Assembly: GCA_052386995.1 (NCBI GenBank)
Contig: JBQTJP010000269.1
Location: forward strand, 1 to 17,851
Direction of reading: 5' to 3'
DNA: 17,851 nt
From: Armatimonadota bacterium
GTDB taxonomy: Bacteria > Sysuimicrobiota > Sysuimicrobiia > Sysuimicrobiales > Humicultoraceae
A program made the translations under genes and the position numbers. Within the stretch, counting starts at the first letter, position 1. Every line of letters begins with the position of its first letter. Shown one piece after another: positions 1-8,565 of the stretch. The notes under the pieces were generated by a model. It did no database searches. It worked only from the letters and a program-made list of their open reading frames with translations, and was not told the origin of the DNA.

Positions 1-2
1 TG

Positions 3-665
3 GACAAATCGGCGAAGGCCACGCTCATCGGCCGGTTCTGGAACGTGGGTCAGGCGTGTCTGGCCTCCAAGCGAGTGTATGTTTTTCATGAGGTTTATGA
101 TCAGTTTCTAGAACGCCTGCTGGCCGGCGTCGCCCGCTATGAGCCCGGCGAGGGCTGGGTAAAGGCCGAGCGCCCGAAGATCCGCCTCGGCCCGCTGCAT
201 ACGAAAGCGCAGCGGGATGAGATCATCAGCCAGCTCAAGGACGCCACCACGAAGGGCGCGCGGGTCGCGCACGGCGGGAAGATCCCTGAAGGACGCGACA
301 AGGGCTTCTTCTTCACGCCGACCGTGGTCATCGACGCGCCGCACGACAGCCGGGTTGTCCAGGAAGAGACGTTTGGTCCCCTGCTTCCGGTCTTCAAGGT
401 GAAAGACATCGACGAGGCGATCCGGATGGCCAACGACTCGATCTATGGCCTGGGCTCATCGATCTGGACCTACAACATCCGCTGGATCAACAAGGCCGCG
501 CAGGACCTCGAGGCCGGCATGACGTGGGTCAATCAGATCCACTACGGGTACGATGAACTGCCCTTTGGCGGGGTCAAGGCATCGGGGATGGGCCGCGAGC
601 ATGGCCCCGAGGCGGTCGACTACTACACGGAGTTCAAGTCCGTGGTCATCGGAGATCTCGAATAG
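3..665 (+). CDS. Aldehyde dehydrogenase family protein, C-terminal part (5' end outside window)
   Basis: Frame is open from the window edge. It has the catalytic-Cys motif FWNVGQACLA, EETFGP, ANDSIYGLGSSIWT and PFGGVKASGMGRE, all typical of NAD(P)-dependent ALDHs. Confidence 0.95.
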   Translation, partial: DKSAKATLIGRFWNVGQACLASKRVYVFHEVYDQFLERLLAGVARYEPGEGWVKAERPKIRLGPLHTKAQRDEIISQLKDATTKGARVAHGGKIPEGRDKGFFFTPTVVIDAPHDSRVVQEETFGPLLPVFKVKDIDEAIRMANDSIYGLGSSIWTYNIRWINKAAQDLEAGMTWVNQIHYGYDELPFGGVKASGMGREHGPEAVDYYTEFKSVVIGDLE

Positions 666-676
666 GAGGCAGGCGC

Positions 677-1459
677 ATGGCCGTCGAGTACGCGCGTGAG
701 GACAGCATCGGGTTTGTGACCCTCAATCGCCCCCCGGCGAACAGCTACGACTACGGTGTCATCGACGAGCTGCGGAAGGCGATTGAAGCCGCCGGCGCCG
801 ACGCGGGGTCGCGGGTGGTGATTGTCCTCAGCGCGCTCGAGAAATTCTTTTGCGGCGGCGCCGACATCAAGGCCTTCAACGAGAATCCGCCCGAGCGCAA
901 CATGGAGATGTGCCGGCTCGCGCATCAGACGCTCGGCAGGATCGCGGAGATCCCGAAAGTCTTCATCGCGCAGGTGCAGGGGCACGCACTCGGCGGCGGG
1001 CTCGAGATCGCCCTGGCGTGCGACCTGCGCTTTGGCGCGGAGGGGGACTACTTCCTCGGCGTGCCTGAGGTGACCCTGGGCCTGCTGCCCGGCAACGGCG
1101 GCACGCAGCGGCTGCCGCGCCTCATCGGCTGGAATCGCGCGCTCGACGTGATGATCACCGGCCGTCGCCTGGCCCCGGCGGAGGCTCACCAGATGGGCAT
1201 CCTGGACCGGCTCTTTCCGCGCGAGCGGATCGAGTCGGAGACCCGGGCGTATGCGGGGCTGCTCACCGAAGGCTCGGCCAGCGCCATCGGCGGCATCAAG
1301 CTCGCGGTGCAGCAGGGCCGCGATCGGCCGCTGGACGATGCGCTGCGGGTTGAACGGGAACTGCTCGATGGGCTCTTCCGCAGCGCCGATGGGCGCGAGG
1401 GCGTCCGGGCTTTCGTGGAGAAGCGCAAGCCGGGTTTCAACAAGGCCGTGGCCCCCTGA
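677..1459 (+). CDS. Enoyl-CoA hydratase/isomerase (crotonase) family protein
   Basis: AGGAGG RBS at 664-669. Motifs TLNRPPAN, FFCGGADI, ALGGGLEIALACD and PEVTLGLLPGNGGTQRL (both catalytic Glu present), with C-terminal EGVRAFVEKRKPGF. Confidence 0.95.
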   Translation: MAVEYAREDSIGFVTLNRPPANSYDYGVIDELRKAIEAAGADAGSRVVIVLSALEKFFCGGADIKAFNENPPERNMEMCRLAHQTLGRIAEIPKVFIAQVQGHALGGGLEIALACDLRFGAEGDYFLGVPEVTLGLLPGNGGTQRLPRLIGWNRALDVMITGRRLAPAEAHQMGILDRLFPRERIESETRAYAGLLTEGSASAIGGIKLAVQQGRDRPLDDALRVERELLDGLFRSADGREGVRAFVEKRKPGFNKAVAP

Positions 1460-1462
1460 TCG

Positions 1463-1981
1463 ATGCTTGGTTTGCCTAAAGGAGAAGTGTTTCTCGTTCT
1501 CTGGAATGAGCGATGGGAAGAGGAATACGAAAGAGAAAAGGACGCCATCCGAGGAAAAATCGGCGGATATGTTGTTGCGTATCATCACATAGGGAGCACC
1601 GCAGTCAGAAACCTCAGTGCCAAGCCAATAATCGACATTGCCATTGAACTGCGTGATTTTCAGGATGGTTACAAGTGCGTTGAAGGTCTTGGAGAAATCG
1701 GCTACAAGCACAGAATTCTCGATGAGTTGCCTGAAAGACACTACTTTAGCAAAGGCGAGCCACGAACCCATCAAATCCACATGTATGAAAAAGGGAATGA
1801 GTATCTAAAGAGGCAACTGGCCTTCAGAGACCATTTAAGGAGCAACGAAAGTGCTCGGAAAGAATACCAGGGAATGAAGGAGACGCTTTCAAAGACACAT
1901 GGCACTGACAAGTTAGCTTACGCGGATGCCAAGGCAGACTTTGTGAGCCGTGTGCTGTCAAAGCTAGGATTTAAAGTATGA
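1463..1981 (+). CDS. GrpB family protein (UPF0157, nucleotidyltransferase fold)
   Basis: Motifs HIGSTAV, AKPIIDI, HQIH, LAFRDHLR and Y..AK..FV. Markedly lower GC than its neighbours. Confidence 0.9.
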   Translation: MLGLPKGEVFLVLWNERWEEEYEREKDAIRGKIGGYVVAYHHIGSTAVRNLSAKPIIDIAIELRDFQDGYKCVEGLGEIGYKHRILDELPERHYFSKGEPRTHQIHMYEKGNEYLKRQLAFRDHLRSNESARKEYQGMKETLSKTHGTDKLAYADAKADFVSRVLSKLGFKV

Positions 1982-2250
1982 CAACGCGGATCCTTGGGGT
2001 CACCACCGGCGGCGTTAGGCGGTCAACCGCCTGCTCGGCCAGCGCATTACGGTCAGACGGGAAGGGCAAGACTCGAGCCGTGTTGAAGAAGGCCTTGCCG
2101 GAGGGCGAGATAACGATACGCGTCGTCCTTGATTGTCCTGTTCAATTCATACCATTCCTTCAGTAGCAGACGCCGCACTGTAAGCCACAGTCAGATGTCG
2201 CCCGACCGTACCGCCTGCGTGTCCGGCGTTGCATGGGGGGCGAATCGGCA

Positions 2251-2745
2251 ATGGCATTATCAACAGCGGCACAAGCTCGCTGCTGTGACGCGCGACCCGA
2301 CAGATTCGTCGGCGTCCAACTCAAGGACATCCCACGATTGGCCAAAGTCGCGACCCGCACTTCTCTTCCGCTGCCCGGACGGAAGGTCACGTACGTGTGC
2401 CACAACTGCGGCCAGTCGTGGGAAGAAGTCGTTGTGCCCGGCCGTACCGGTACGTATGCCGTGGTCAAAGCGGGAATCGATCCGGCGCCGCCCCGCAAAC
2501 CTGGCGTCTCGAAACTGCTGCCGTACCTGCACAGCAAGTGGTTCTCCCGACAAGAGATGCTGGGGGCAGGGTCAGCCCTCGGCCTGGCGACGGGCCTTGC
2601 CACCATGTCGAGCGCGGGCCCCGAACTTGCGGCCCGGCAGGGCTGGGTGGCCAGCTTCCTTCTTGCGGGATTCCTGCTTGCCGCGGCGTGCTACGTGACG
2701 GTGTCCGCCGCGAGGCGAAGCGGCGGCCCGGGCTGGCCCAGGTAG
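2251..2745 (+). CDS. Hypothetical membrane protein with Cys motifs (CC...CHNC) and two C-terminal hydrophobic segments
   Basis: ORF 2233/2251-2745 with a zinc-ribbon-like YVCHNCG and hydrophobic stretches MLGAGSALGLATGLATM and WVASFLLAGFLLAAACYVTV. The start codon is uncertain. Confidence 0.6.
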   Translation: MALSTAAQARCCDARPDRFVGVQLKDIPRLAKVATRTSLPLPGRKVTYVCHNCGQSWEEVVVPGRTGTYAVVKAGIDPAPPRKPGVSKLLPYLHSKWFSRQEMLGAGSALGLATGLATMSSAGPELAARQGWVASFLLAGFLLAAACYVTVSAARRSGGPGWPR

Positions 2746-2758
2746 CTCACGGCCGTGA

Positions 2759-3310
2759 TTTGAGGCCTCGCGAAGCCCTTATCGCCCCCTTTTTCGATCG
2801 GCGGGATGCGAGTTCGGCGATCTGGAGGCCAGCGTGAGACGGCACGGGGTAGACCCGACCCTCGAGGAGCTGGCCAAAGGCGGCGTATATTTCACGTCGG
2901 ACGAATTCAAGGGCAAGAGAACCGTCGAGCGCGGGACGACCGCGTTCCGGGTCACCCCTGCAGACTTTCTCCCGCAAGCATCTTCTCCGGGGTTCGCAAC
3001 TGTCAGCAGCGGGACGGTGAACCGACCGGTTCGATCGTTCATCACGCTCGGCTGGCTCGCCCAGCGCGCACTGGCTGTAGCAGTCGCCCTTTCCGCCCAC
3101 GGCCTGCTGGAGCGCGCCCACGCCATCTTCGATGGGATTTTCCCAGCCGGCGGGGGCGTGAACCGAGTGGATCCAGGAAACGGCACGCGGGGGCCGGCGC
3201 TGCTGCATCACCACGGCCGCCAGCAACGCGGCTCGGATCGCACGTGTGGCGGCGCAGATGGGGATCTCGCTCGCGGGCCCGAAGTTCATCGCGACCGGCG
3301 GGAGACCGTC
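2759..3310 (+). pseudogene. Fragmented gene resembling phenylacetate-CoA-ligase-like / adenylate-forming hypothetical proteins
   Basis: Frame 2 reads protein-like from 2759 with no start codon (SPYRPLFRSAGCEFGDLE...GVYFTSDEFKG...TVSSGT...GGGVN). Near 3163 the protein-like text shifts to frame 3 (EWIQETARGGRRCCITTAASNAARIARVAAQMGISLAGPKFIATGG) and then degenerates. Family assignment is from recalled similarity only. Confidence 0.5.
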
Positions 3311-3438
3311 TGGAAGCTGGCGGGAACCATTCGAATCAGACGGGAAGAGCCCTACGCCAGCCCTCGCCGGAAGACCCTCCCATTGCATATTCCTCCTTGA
3401 GTCACAGCACAATACCAAAGGATCGGACCGGTTGGGCC

Positions 3439-4398
3439 CTAGACGCGCGCGGCGCGCCCTGAGCGCAGATACGCGAGGACCGCGCGTGTGCAGGTCTCGC
3501 GCGTCCGCTCGTGGATGGCGTCGCGGTCGGCCTCCTGCAGCCACTGCAGGAACAGCCCATCGATGATCCCGCGCACCACCGAGGCCGCCTCGTTGGCGTT
3601 GGTGATCGTGAACGTCCCCTGCTCGATGCCGTGCTCGATGATGTGCGCGTAGACTGCGTTCACCGTGGTTCTGAAGGTCGCGCTGATTTCGTCGAAGCGG
3701 TCCAGGCGCGCCGCCGTGCTCAGCAGGTCGAGAAAGACCAGGTAGAAGTCCCGGTTGGCTTTGGGGTCGATGAAGATCGCGTCGAGCATCGCGGTGACTT
3801 TCTCTTCGGCCGACCGCGCCTCGAACACGGCCGTCCGGATGCGCTCGGCGACCCGGCCGAGCACCCACCGCATCGCGGCCAGGATCAGGTTCTCCTTGGA
3901 TCCGAAGTAGTAGAGCAGGATGCCCTTGCTGACGCCGGCCTGGTCGGCGACATGCTGGAGCGAGAGCTCCTTGAGGCCCTTCTCGGCAAGGACCCGATAC
4001 GTGCTGCGCAGCAGGTGCATCTGCTTCTTCGAGAGCGCCTGCTCATCGAGCGTGACCGGTTCACCGGGCGGTCCCGGCGGTGTCAAGGGTCCGGAGGAGC
4101 GTGGCTCGGCCGTCGCCGCGGCGCGGGACGCCGCTCCGTCGAGCTGAATCCCGTCATAGGCGCGCGTCGACTCAGACGCGCGCGTCGGCGGCGCACCGCC
4201 CCGCTCGGACCGCGCCGGCTCGAAATCATCGGTGATCGCCTGGGGTAGAAACGCCTCCAGCTCCCGCTCCCGCAGGCGCCACAACCGGCCGACCTTCACT
4301 CCGTGCAGCCGGCCCTCGCGCAACCAGTTGCGGACAGTCTTGGAGCTGATCGCGAGACGCTCAGCCGCCTGGTCTGGCGTCAAGAGCCGCTCGGGCAT
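3439..4398 (-). CDS. Transcriptional regulator: N-terminal excisionase-type (HTH_17/MerR-like) HTH fused to a TetR-family regulator with BetI-type C-terminal domain
   Basis: GAAGGAG RBS before ATG 4398. LLTPDQAAERLAISSKTVRNWLREGRLHGVKVGRLWRL is a Xis-like HTH. A Pro/Ala linker leads to the TetR HTH LAEKGLKELSLQHVADQAGVSKGILLYYFGSKENL and C-terminal IIDGLFLQWL. Confidence 0.9.
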   Translation of the reverse strand: MPERLLTPDQAAERLAISSKTVRNWLREGRLHGVKVGRLWRLRERELEAFLPQAITDDFEPARSERGGAPPTRASESTRAYDGIQLDGAASRAAATAEPRSSGPLTPPGPPGEPVTLDEQALSKKQMHLLRSTYRVLAEKGLKELSLQHVADQAGVSKGILLYYFGSKENLILAAMRWVLGRVAERIRTAVFEARSAEEKVTAMLDAIFIDPKANRDFYLVFLDLLSTAARLDRFDEISATFRTTVNAVYAHIIEHGIEQGTFTITNANEAASVVRGIIDGLFLQWLQEADRDAIHERTRETCTRAVLAYLRSGRAARV

Positions 4399-4476
4399 GA
4401 GGTCTCCTTCGGACGCCGGGACGACCGGGAGTCCCAGGCGTGGAGGAATAGAAACTGGACATAGGGAAATACTTGT

Positions 4477-4488
4477 TTGAATGTTCAA
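4477..4488. promoter_or_regulatory. Putative TetR/BetI-type operator palindrome
   Basis: TTGAA-TG-TTCAA inverted repeat in the AT-rich divergent intergenic region. It overlaps the -10/+1 of the predicted promoter and resembles BetI-type boxes. Confidence 0.55.
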
Positions 4489-4515
4489 TTTATCCTCCTC
4501 TTTACGCCCGGTCAA
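4487..4515 (-). promoter_or_regulatory. Putative sigma70 promoter of the HTH-TetR regulator gene
   Basis: Minus strand TTGACC (4515-4510), exactly 17 nt spacer, then TAAATT (4492-4487), about 90 nt upstream of the ATG. Confidence 0.6.
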
Positions 4516-4591
4516 GCCCTGAGTAGCCCGTATGATCCTTGACCTGAAGGCGGAATGGTAAGGCGAGAGCCGAGTCATGGGAGGGATGGAT

Positions 4592-5668
4592 ATGGCAGGG
4601 GTGACGTGCAAGGGAGCCCTGAGTGTGCTTGTCCTGGCGTTACTCGCGATCGTGCCCGGCGCACAGGGCCAGGCCCAGGGCGCGATGACGGTCGCGCAGG
4701 TCGCGAACTACAAGGGTGACAACCGCCAGGCCTTCCTCGAGGAGGGCGCGCGCAAGGAAGGCGCGCTCCTGGTGTACACGTCGATGGACCTCGAGGAGTC
4801 GCAACCGCTGATCGAGGGGTTCATGAAGAAGTATCCTTTCATCAAGGGCGAGGTCTATCGGGCATCCGGAGAGGACGTCGCCCAGAAGCTCATCACCGAG
4901 TACCGCGGCCGCAAGTACATCGCGGACATCTTCGAGGGCACCGGGATCGACGTCGCCAAGATGCTGAACGAGGGGTACGGGCAGCCCTACTTCACACCTC
5001 GCGCCGCTTCATACGCCCGGCAGGCGCAGGATCCCAAGGGCTTCTGGGTCGCCACCCGCAACAACATGCTGGTGCTGGGGTGGAATACGACTCTTGTGCG
5101 GGCCGCCGACGCGCCGGCCAAGTATGACGATCTGCTCGATGCGAAGTGGCGGAGCAAGATCGGGATCGAAGCCGACGACCAGATCTGGCTGGCCACCCTG
5201 ATGGAGCACTGGGGCGAGTCCAGGGGGATGGAGTTCTTCAGGCGCCTCTCCGAACAGCAACTGCTGATCCGGAAAGGCCACACGCTGCTGGCCAATCTGG
5301 TCGTGGCGGGCGAGACGCCCATATCGCCCACGCTCTACAACCACCGGCCGGAGCGCCTGAAACGGCGAGGAGCGCCGATCGAGTGGCGGCCGCTGGAGCC
5401 GGTGGTGGCGGTGATTCATGTGATCTCGCTGCCCAAGAATGCGCCCCATCCCCACGCATCGATACTCTTCATTGACTACATGCTGTCGCCCGAAGGGCAG
5501 CAAGGGATCGCGAAGCTCGGCCGCATCCCGGCCCATTCCTTCGTGAACGCCGATCCTCCGGAGCTCAACCGAGGCTTCGTGTACAAGGGACTCGACCCTG
5601 TCACGTTTCTGAAGAACTACTCCAGGTACGATCGCCTCTGGCAGGAGATGATCGTGCGGCGGCGGTAG
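4592..5668 (+). CDS. ABC transporter substrate-binding protein (FbpA/AfuA-like, Fe3+/polyamine/thiamine class)
   Basis: GGAGGG RBS before ATG 4592 (alternative starts 4577/4586). Signal-peptide-like N-terminus, and motifs ARKEGALLVYTS, WNTTLV...YDDLLDAKW and APHPHASILFIDYMLSPEGQ. Confidence 0.9.
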   Translation: MAGVTCKGALSVLVLALLAIVPGAQGQAQGAMTVAQVANYKGDNRQAFLEEGARKEGALLVYTSMDLEESQPLIEGFMKKYPFIKGEVYRASGEDVAQKLITEYRGRKYIADIFEGTGIDVAKMLNEGYGQPYFTPRAASYARQAQDPKGFWVATRNNMLVLGWNTTLVRAADAPAKYDDLLDAKWRSKIGIEADDQIWLATLMEHWGESRGMEFFRRLSEQQLLIRKGHTLLANLVVAGETPISPTLYNHRPERLKRRGAPIEWRPLEPVVAVIHVISLPKNAPHPHASILFIDYMLSPEGQQGIAKLGRIPAHSFVNADPPELNRGFVYKGLDPVTFLKNYSRYDRLWQEMIVRRR

Positions 5669-5669
5669 G

Positions 5670-7406
5670 GTGCGCGCGGCTTCCGCTCCGACGGCCCCCT
5701 GGCCTCGTCCGCTGCGGTCGGTCGTATCCGGGCAGACGATCCTCCTGGCCGTGGCCGGAAGTATCATCGCGTACCTGACGCTTTTCCCGCTGTTCTTCCT
5801 GATCTACGGAAGTTTCTTCACCCCGACGGTGGGCGGGCAGGTCGGGGTGTTCACGCTCGATAACTTCATCAGGGCCTACACCGACCGCTCGACGCTGCCC
5901 ATCCTGTTGAACTCCGTTGTCTTTTCGGCCGGCACGATGGTCGTGGCCTTCATCATCGGCACCGGGCTGGCCTGGATCACCGAACGGACCAACACGCCGT
6001 TGCGCGGCCTGTTCTTTGCGATGAGCCTGATCCCGCTCATCATCCCCGGTATCCTGTTCACGGTGAGCTGGATCTTCCTCCTCAGTCCACGTATCGGCCT
6101 GATCAACGTGTGGCTGAAGGATCTGTTGGGGCTGGCCGGGCCGCCGTTCAACGTGTATTCGCTGCCGGGGATGATGTGGGTCGAAGGACTGCACTGGTCG
6201 CCCATCGTCTACCTGATGATGTCGGCGGCCTTTCGCTCAATGGATCCCGCGCTGGAGGAGTCGGCCCTGATGTCCGGTGCCGGCCTGCCCGCGACCTTCT
6301 ATCACATCACACTCAAGCTGAACGTCCCGATGATGCTGTCGGTGTTCCTCCTGCTGTTTCTCCGGGGACTGGAGACGTTCGAGGTGCCGGCGATCATCGG
6401 ACTCCCCGCGGGGATCCATGTCTTTACGTCGAAGATCTATCTGGCGATTCGCGGGTACCCGTCGGATTTCGGGCTTGCCGGGGCGTACTCTACGGTTCTG
6501 CTGATCCTGACGCTCATCGGTCTCTTTGTCTACGCGCGGGTGACCCGCGAGGCCACGCGGTTTGCGACCGTCACGGGGAAGGGCTACCGGCCGAGGGTCA
6601 TCGACCTGGGACCCTGGCGCTATCTGGCGACGGCCGTGATCGTGATCTATCTGACCGTGATGGTGCTGCTGCCGTTCTTCGTGCTGTTGTGGAACTCGCT
6701 GCTCCCCTTCTATCTCCGGCCGTCGCTCGCGGCCCTGTCCAAACTGACCCTCGAGAACTACCCCTTCGTCTTCAAGCTTCCGAAAACGACCCGGGCGATC
6801 ACCAACAGCGTCATGCTGTCGGTCGCCAGCGCGACGATCATCATGCTGTTGACGTCCGTCATCGCCTGGATCGTGATTCGCACGCGCCTGCGCGGCCGCT
6901 GGATACTCGACAACCTGGCGTCGCTGCCGCTGATTTTCCCCAGTGTGGTCATGGGCGTCGCGCTCATCTGGGTGTATCTGACGCTGCCGATCCCGATCTA
7001 CGGCACGATCTGGATTCTGCTGGTCGCGTACGTCACGCGGTTCATGCCATACGGGGTGCGTGCGTGCTCCGGGGGCCTGTTGCAGATCCATCGGGAACTG
7101 GAGGAGGCCGCCGAGGCAAGCGGCGCGCCCTGGTGGCGGTCGTTTACGGGCATCGTGCTCCCGCTGCTCCGTCCGGCGCTGCTGGCCGGGTGGATCTACA
7201 TCGTCATCGTGTCGATCCGGGAGCTCGGCAGCAGCATCTTCCTGTGGGGGCCGGGGGCGGAGGTATTGTCCGTCATCATCTTTGACTTCTGGCAGACCGG
7301 GCACTTTCAGGAGCTCTGCGCGGTGGGAATCATGCTGGTGCTGGCATTGTTCCTCCTGGCCGTGGTGTCCCAGCGGTTGAGCCAGCGATATGGAGTGCAG
7401 CACTAG
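5670..7406 (+). CDS. ABC transporter permease, FbpB-type with two fused transmembrane modules
   Basis: 578-aa hydrophobic protein with two EAA loops (MDPALEESALMSGA; IHRELEEAAEASGA) and ERTNTPLR. Confidence 0.95.
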   Translation: MRAASAPTAPWPRPLRSVVSGQTILLAVAGSIIAYLTLFPLFFLIYGSFFTPTVGGQVGVFTLDNFIRAYTDRSTLPILLNSVVFSAGTMVVAFIIGTGLAWITERTNTPLRGLFFAMSLIPLIIPGILFTVSWIFLLSPRIGLINVWLKDLLGLAGPPFNVYSLPGMMWVEGLHWSPIVYLMMSAAFRSMDPALEESALMSGAGLPATFYHITLKLNVPMMLSVFLLLFLRGLETFEVPAIIGLPAGIHVFTSKIYLAIRGYPSDFGLAGAYSTVLLILTLIGLFVYARVTREATRFATVTGKGYRPRVIDLGPWRYLATAVIVIYLTVMVLLPFFVLLWNSLLPFYLRPSLAALSKLTLENYPFVFKLPKTTRAITNSVMLSVASATIIMLLTSVIAWIVIRTRLRGRWILDNLASLPLIFPSVVMGVALIWVYLTLPIPIYGTIWILLVAYVTRFMPYGVRACSGGLLQIHRELEEAAEASGAPWWRSFTGIVLPLLRPALLAGWIYIVIVSIRELGSSIFLWGPGAEVLSVIIFDFWQTGHFQELCAVGIMLVLALFLLAVVSQRLSQRYGVQH

Positions 7407-7446
7407 CGCTGCACTTGCGGCGCAGGTCGCGCGCGGGGAACGCGGG

Positions 7447-8565
7447 ATGGTGAAGATCACCGATCTGGTGAAAGTCTTCCAGACCGAGCGCGGGACGGTT
7501 GTCGCCTGCGATGGCATCACCTTCGAGGTGCCCGCGGGCCGTTTCTTCACGCTGCTTGGACCCTCGGGATGCGGCAAGACCACGACGCTGCGCTGTATCG
7601 CCGGTCTGGAACGTCCCGACAGCGGAGAGATCGCGCTCGACGAGCGGCCGGTCTACTCATCCCGTCAGGGTCTGTTCGTCGCCCCCAATCAACGCAGCAT
7701 CGGCATGGTCTTTCAGTCATACGCCATCTGGCCGCACATGACCGTCTTCGACAACGTGGCATTTCCGCTCCGGGTCGGCCGGATGCGCCCCTCACAGCCC
7801 GCGATGGTCGAGCGGGTGCGCGCCGCGCTGGCCGTGGTACGGCTGGATGGACTGGAGCAGCGGCCGGCGACGAAGCTCAGCGGCGGGCAGCAGCAACGCC
7901 TGGCGCTCGCCCGGGCGCTCGTGCGCGAGCCACAGGTGCTGCTGCTGGATGAGCCGCTCTCCAACCTGGACGCCAAGCTTCGGGAACAGATGCGGCTGGA
8001 GCTCCGTCAGCTGCAGCGGCAGCTCGGCATCACGACGGTCTACGTTACCCACGATCAGGTCGAGGCGCTCTCGATGTCGAACGTTGTCGCGGTGATGCAC
8101 GAAGGGCGCATCGCCCAGATTGGGCCGCCGCGCGACATCTACGAGCGGCCGCAGACCCGCTTCGTCGCGGATTTCATCGGCCTGACCAACCTCATCCCGG
8201 GTCGCGTGGTGGCGCCGGCAGACGAGGGAGGATTGTACCGCGTCGAGACCGCCCAGGGCGCGCTGACCTGTATGATCCCGGGTGGGGCCGCGCCGCAGAG
8301 CGAGGTCCTTGTGTCGATCCGCCCGGAAGACGTCGCCATCCGCGACGGGAGTGGTCGCCCGGGCGGGTGGGAAGGAACCGTGCAGCAGGTGGTCTTTCTC
8401 GGCGAGTCGGTCGACTGCCGGCTGGCGGTCGGCGAACTCATGCTGCGGGCGCACGCGCATCCCTCGCTGCGAGTCAAGAGGGGCGATACAGTGTTCCTGG
8501 AGTTCAATCCGGAGCGCTGTGTCGCCATCCGGCCCGAGGGGCACGCGCCGCTCGTCGGGGATTGA
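7447..8565 (+). CDS. ABC transporter ATP-binding protein (FbpC/PotA-like, C-terminal TOBE domain)
   Basis: Walker A GPSGCGKT, signature LSGGQQQR, Walker B/D-loop LLLDEPLSNLD and YVTHDQ. Alternative start at ATG 7390. Confidence 0.95.
   Translation: MVKITDLVKVFQTERGTVVACDGITFEVPAGRFFTLLGPSGCGKTTTLRCIAGLERPDSGEIALDERPVYSSRQGLFVAPNQRSIGMVFQSYAIWPHMTVFDNVAFPLRVGRMRPSQPAMVERVRAALAVVRLDGLEQRPATKLSGGQQQRLALARALVREPQVLLLDEPLSNLDAKLREQMRLELRQLQRQLGITTVYVTHDQVEALSMSNVVAVMHEGRIAQIGPPRDIYERPQTRFVADFIGLTNLIPGRVVAPADEGGLYRVETAQGALTCMIPGGAAPQSEVLVSIRPEDVAIRDGSGRPGGWEGTVQQVVFLGESVDCRLAVGELMLRAHAHPSLRVKRGDTVFLEFNPERCVAIRPEGHAPLVGD

Noticed and set aside
1978..2166. 62-aa ORF downstream of the GrpB gene
   Set aside because: No recognisable motif or RBS, and it runs across a hairpin.
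4240..4398. Excisionase as evidence of a prophage or integrative element
   Set aside because: The domain is fused in frame to TetR, and no integrase, att repeats or phage genes are visible.
4399..4611. N-terminal 71-aa extension of the regulator ORF in the ORF track
   Set aside because: It spans the divergent promoter region and overlaps the SBP start. A strong RBS supports ATG 4398.
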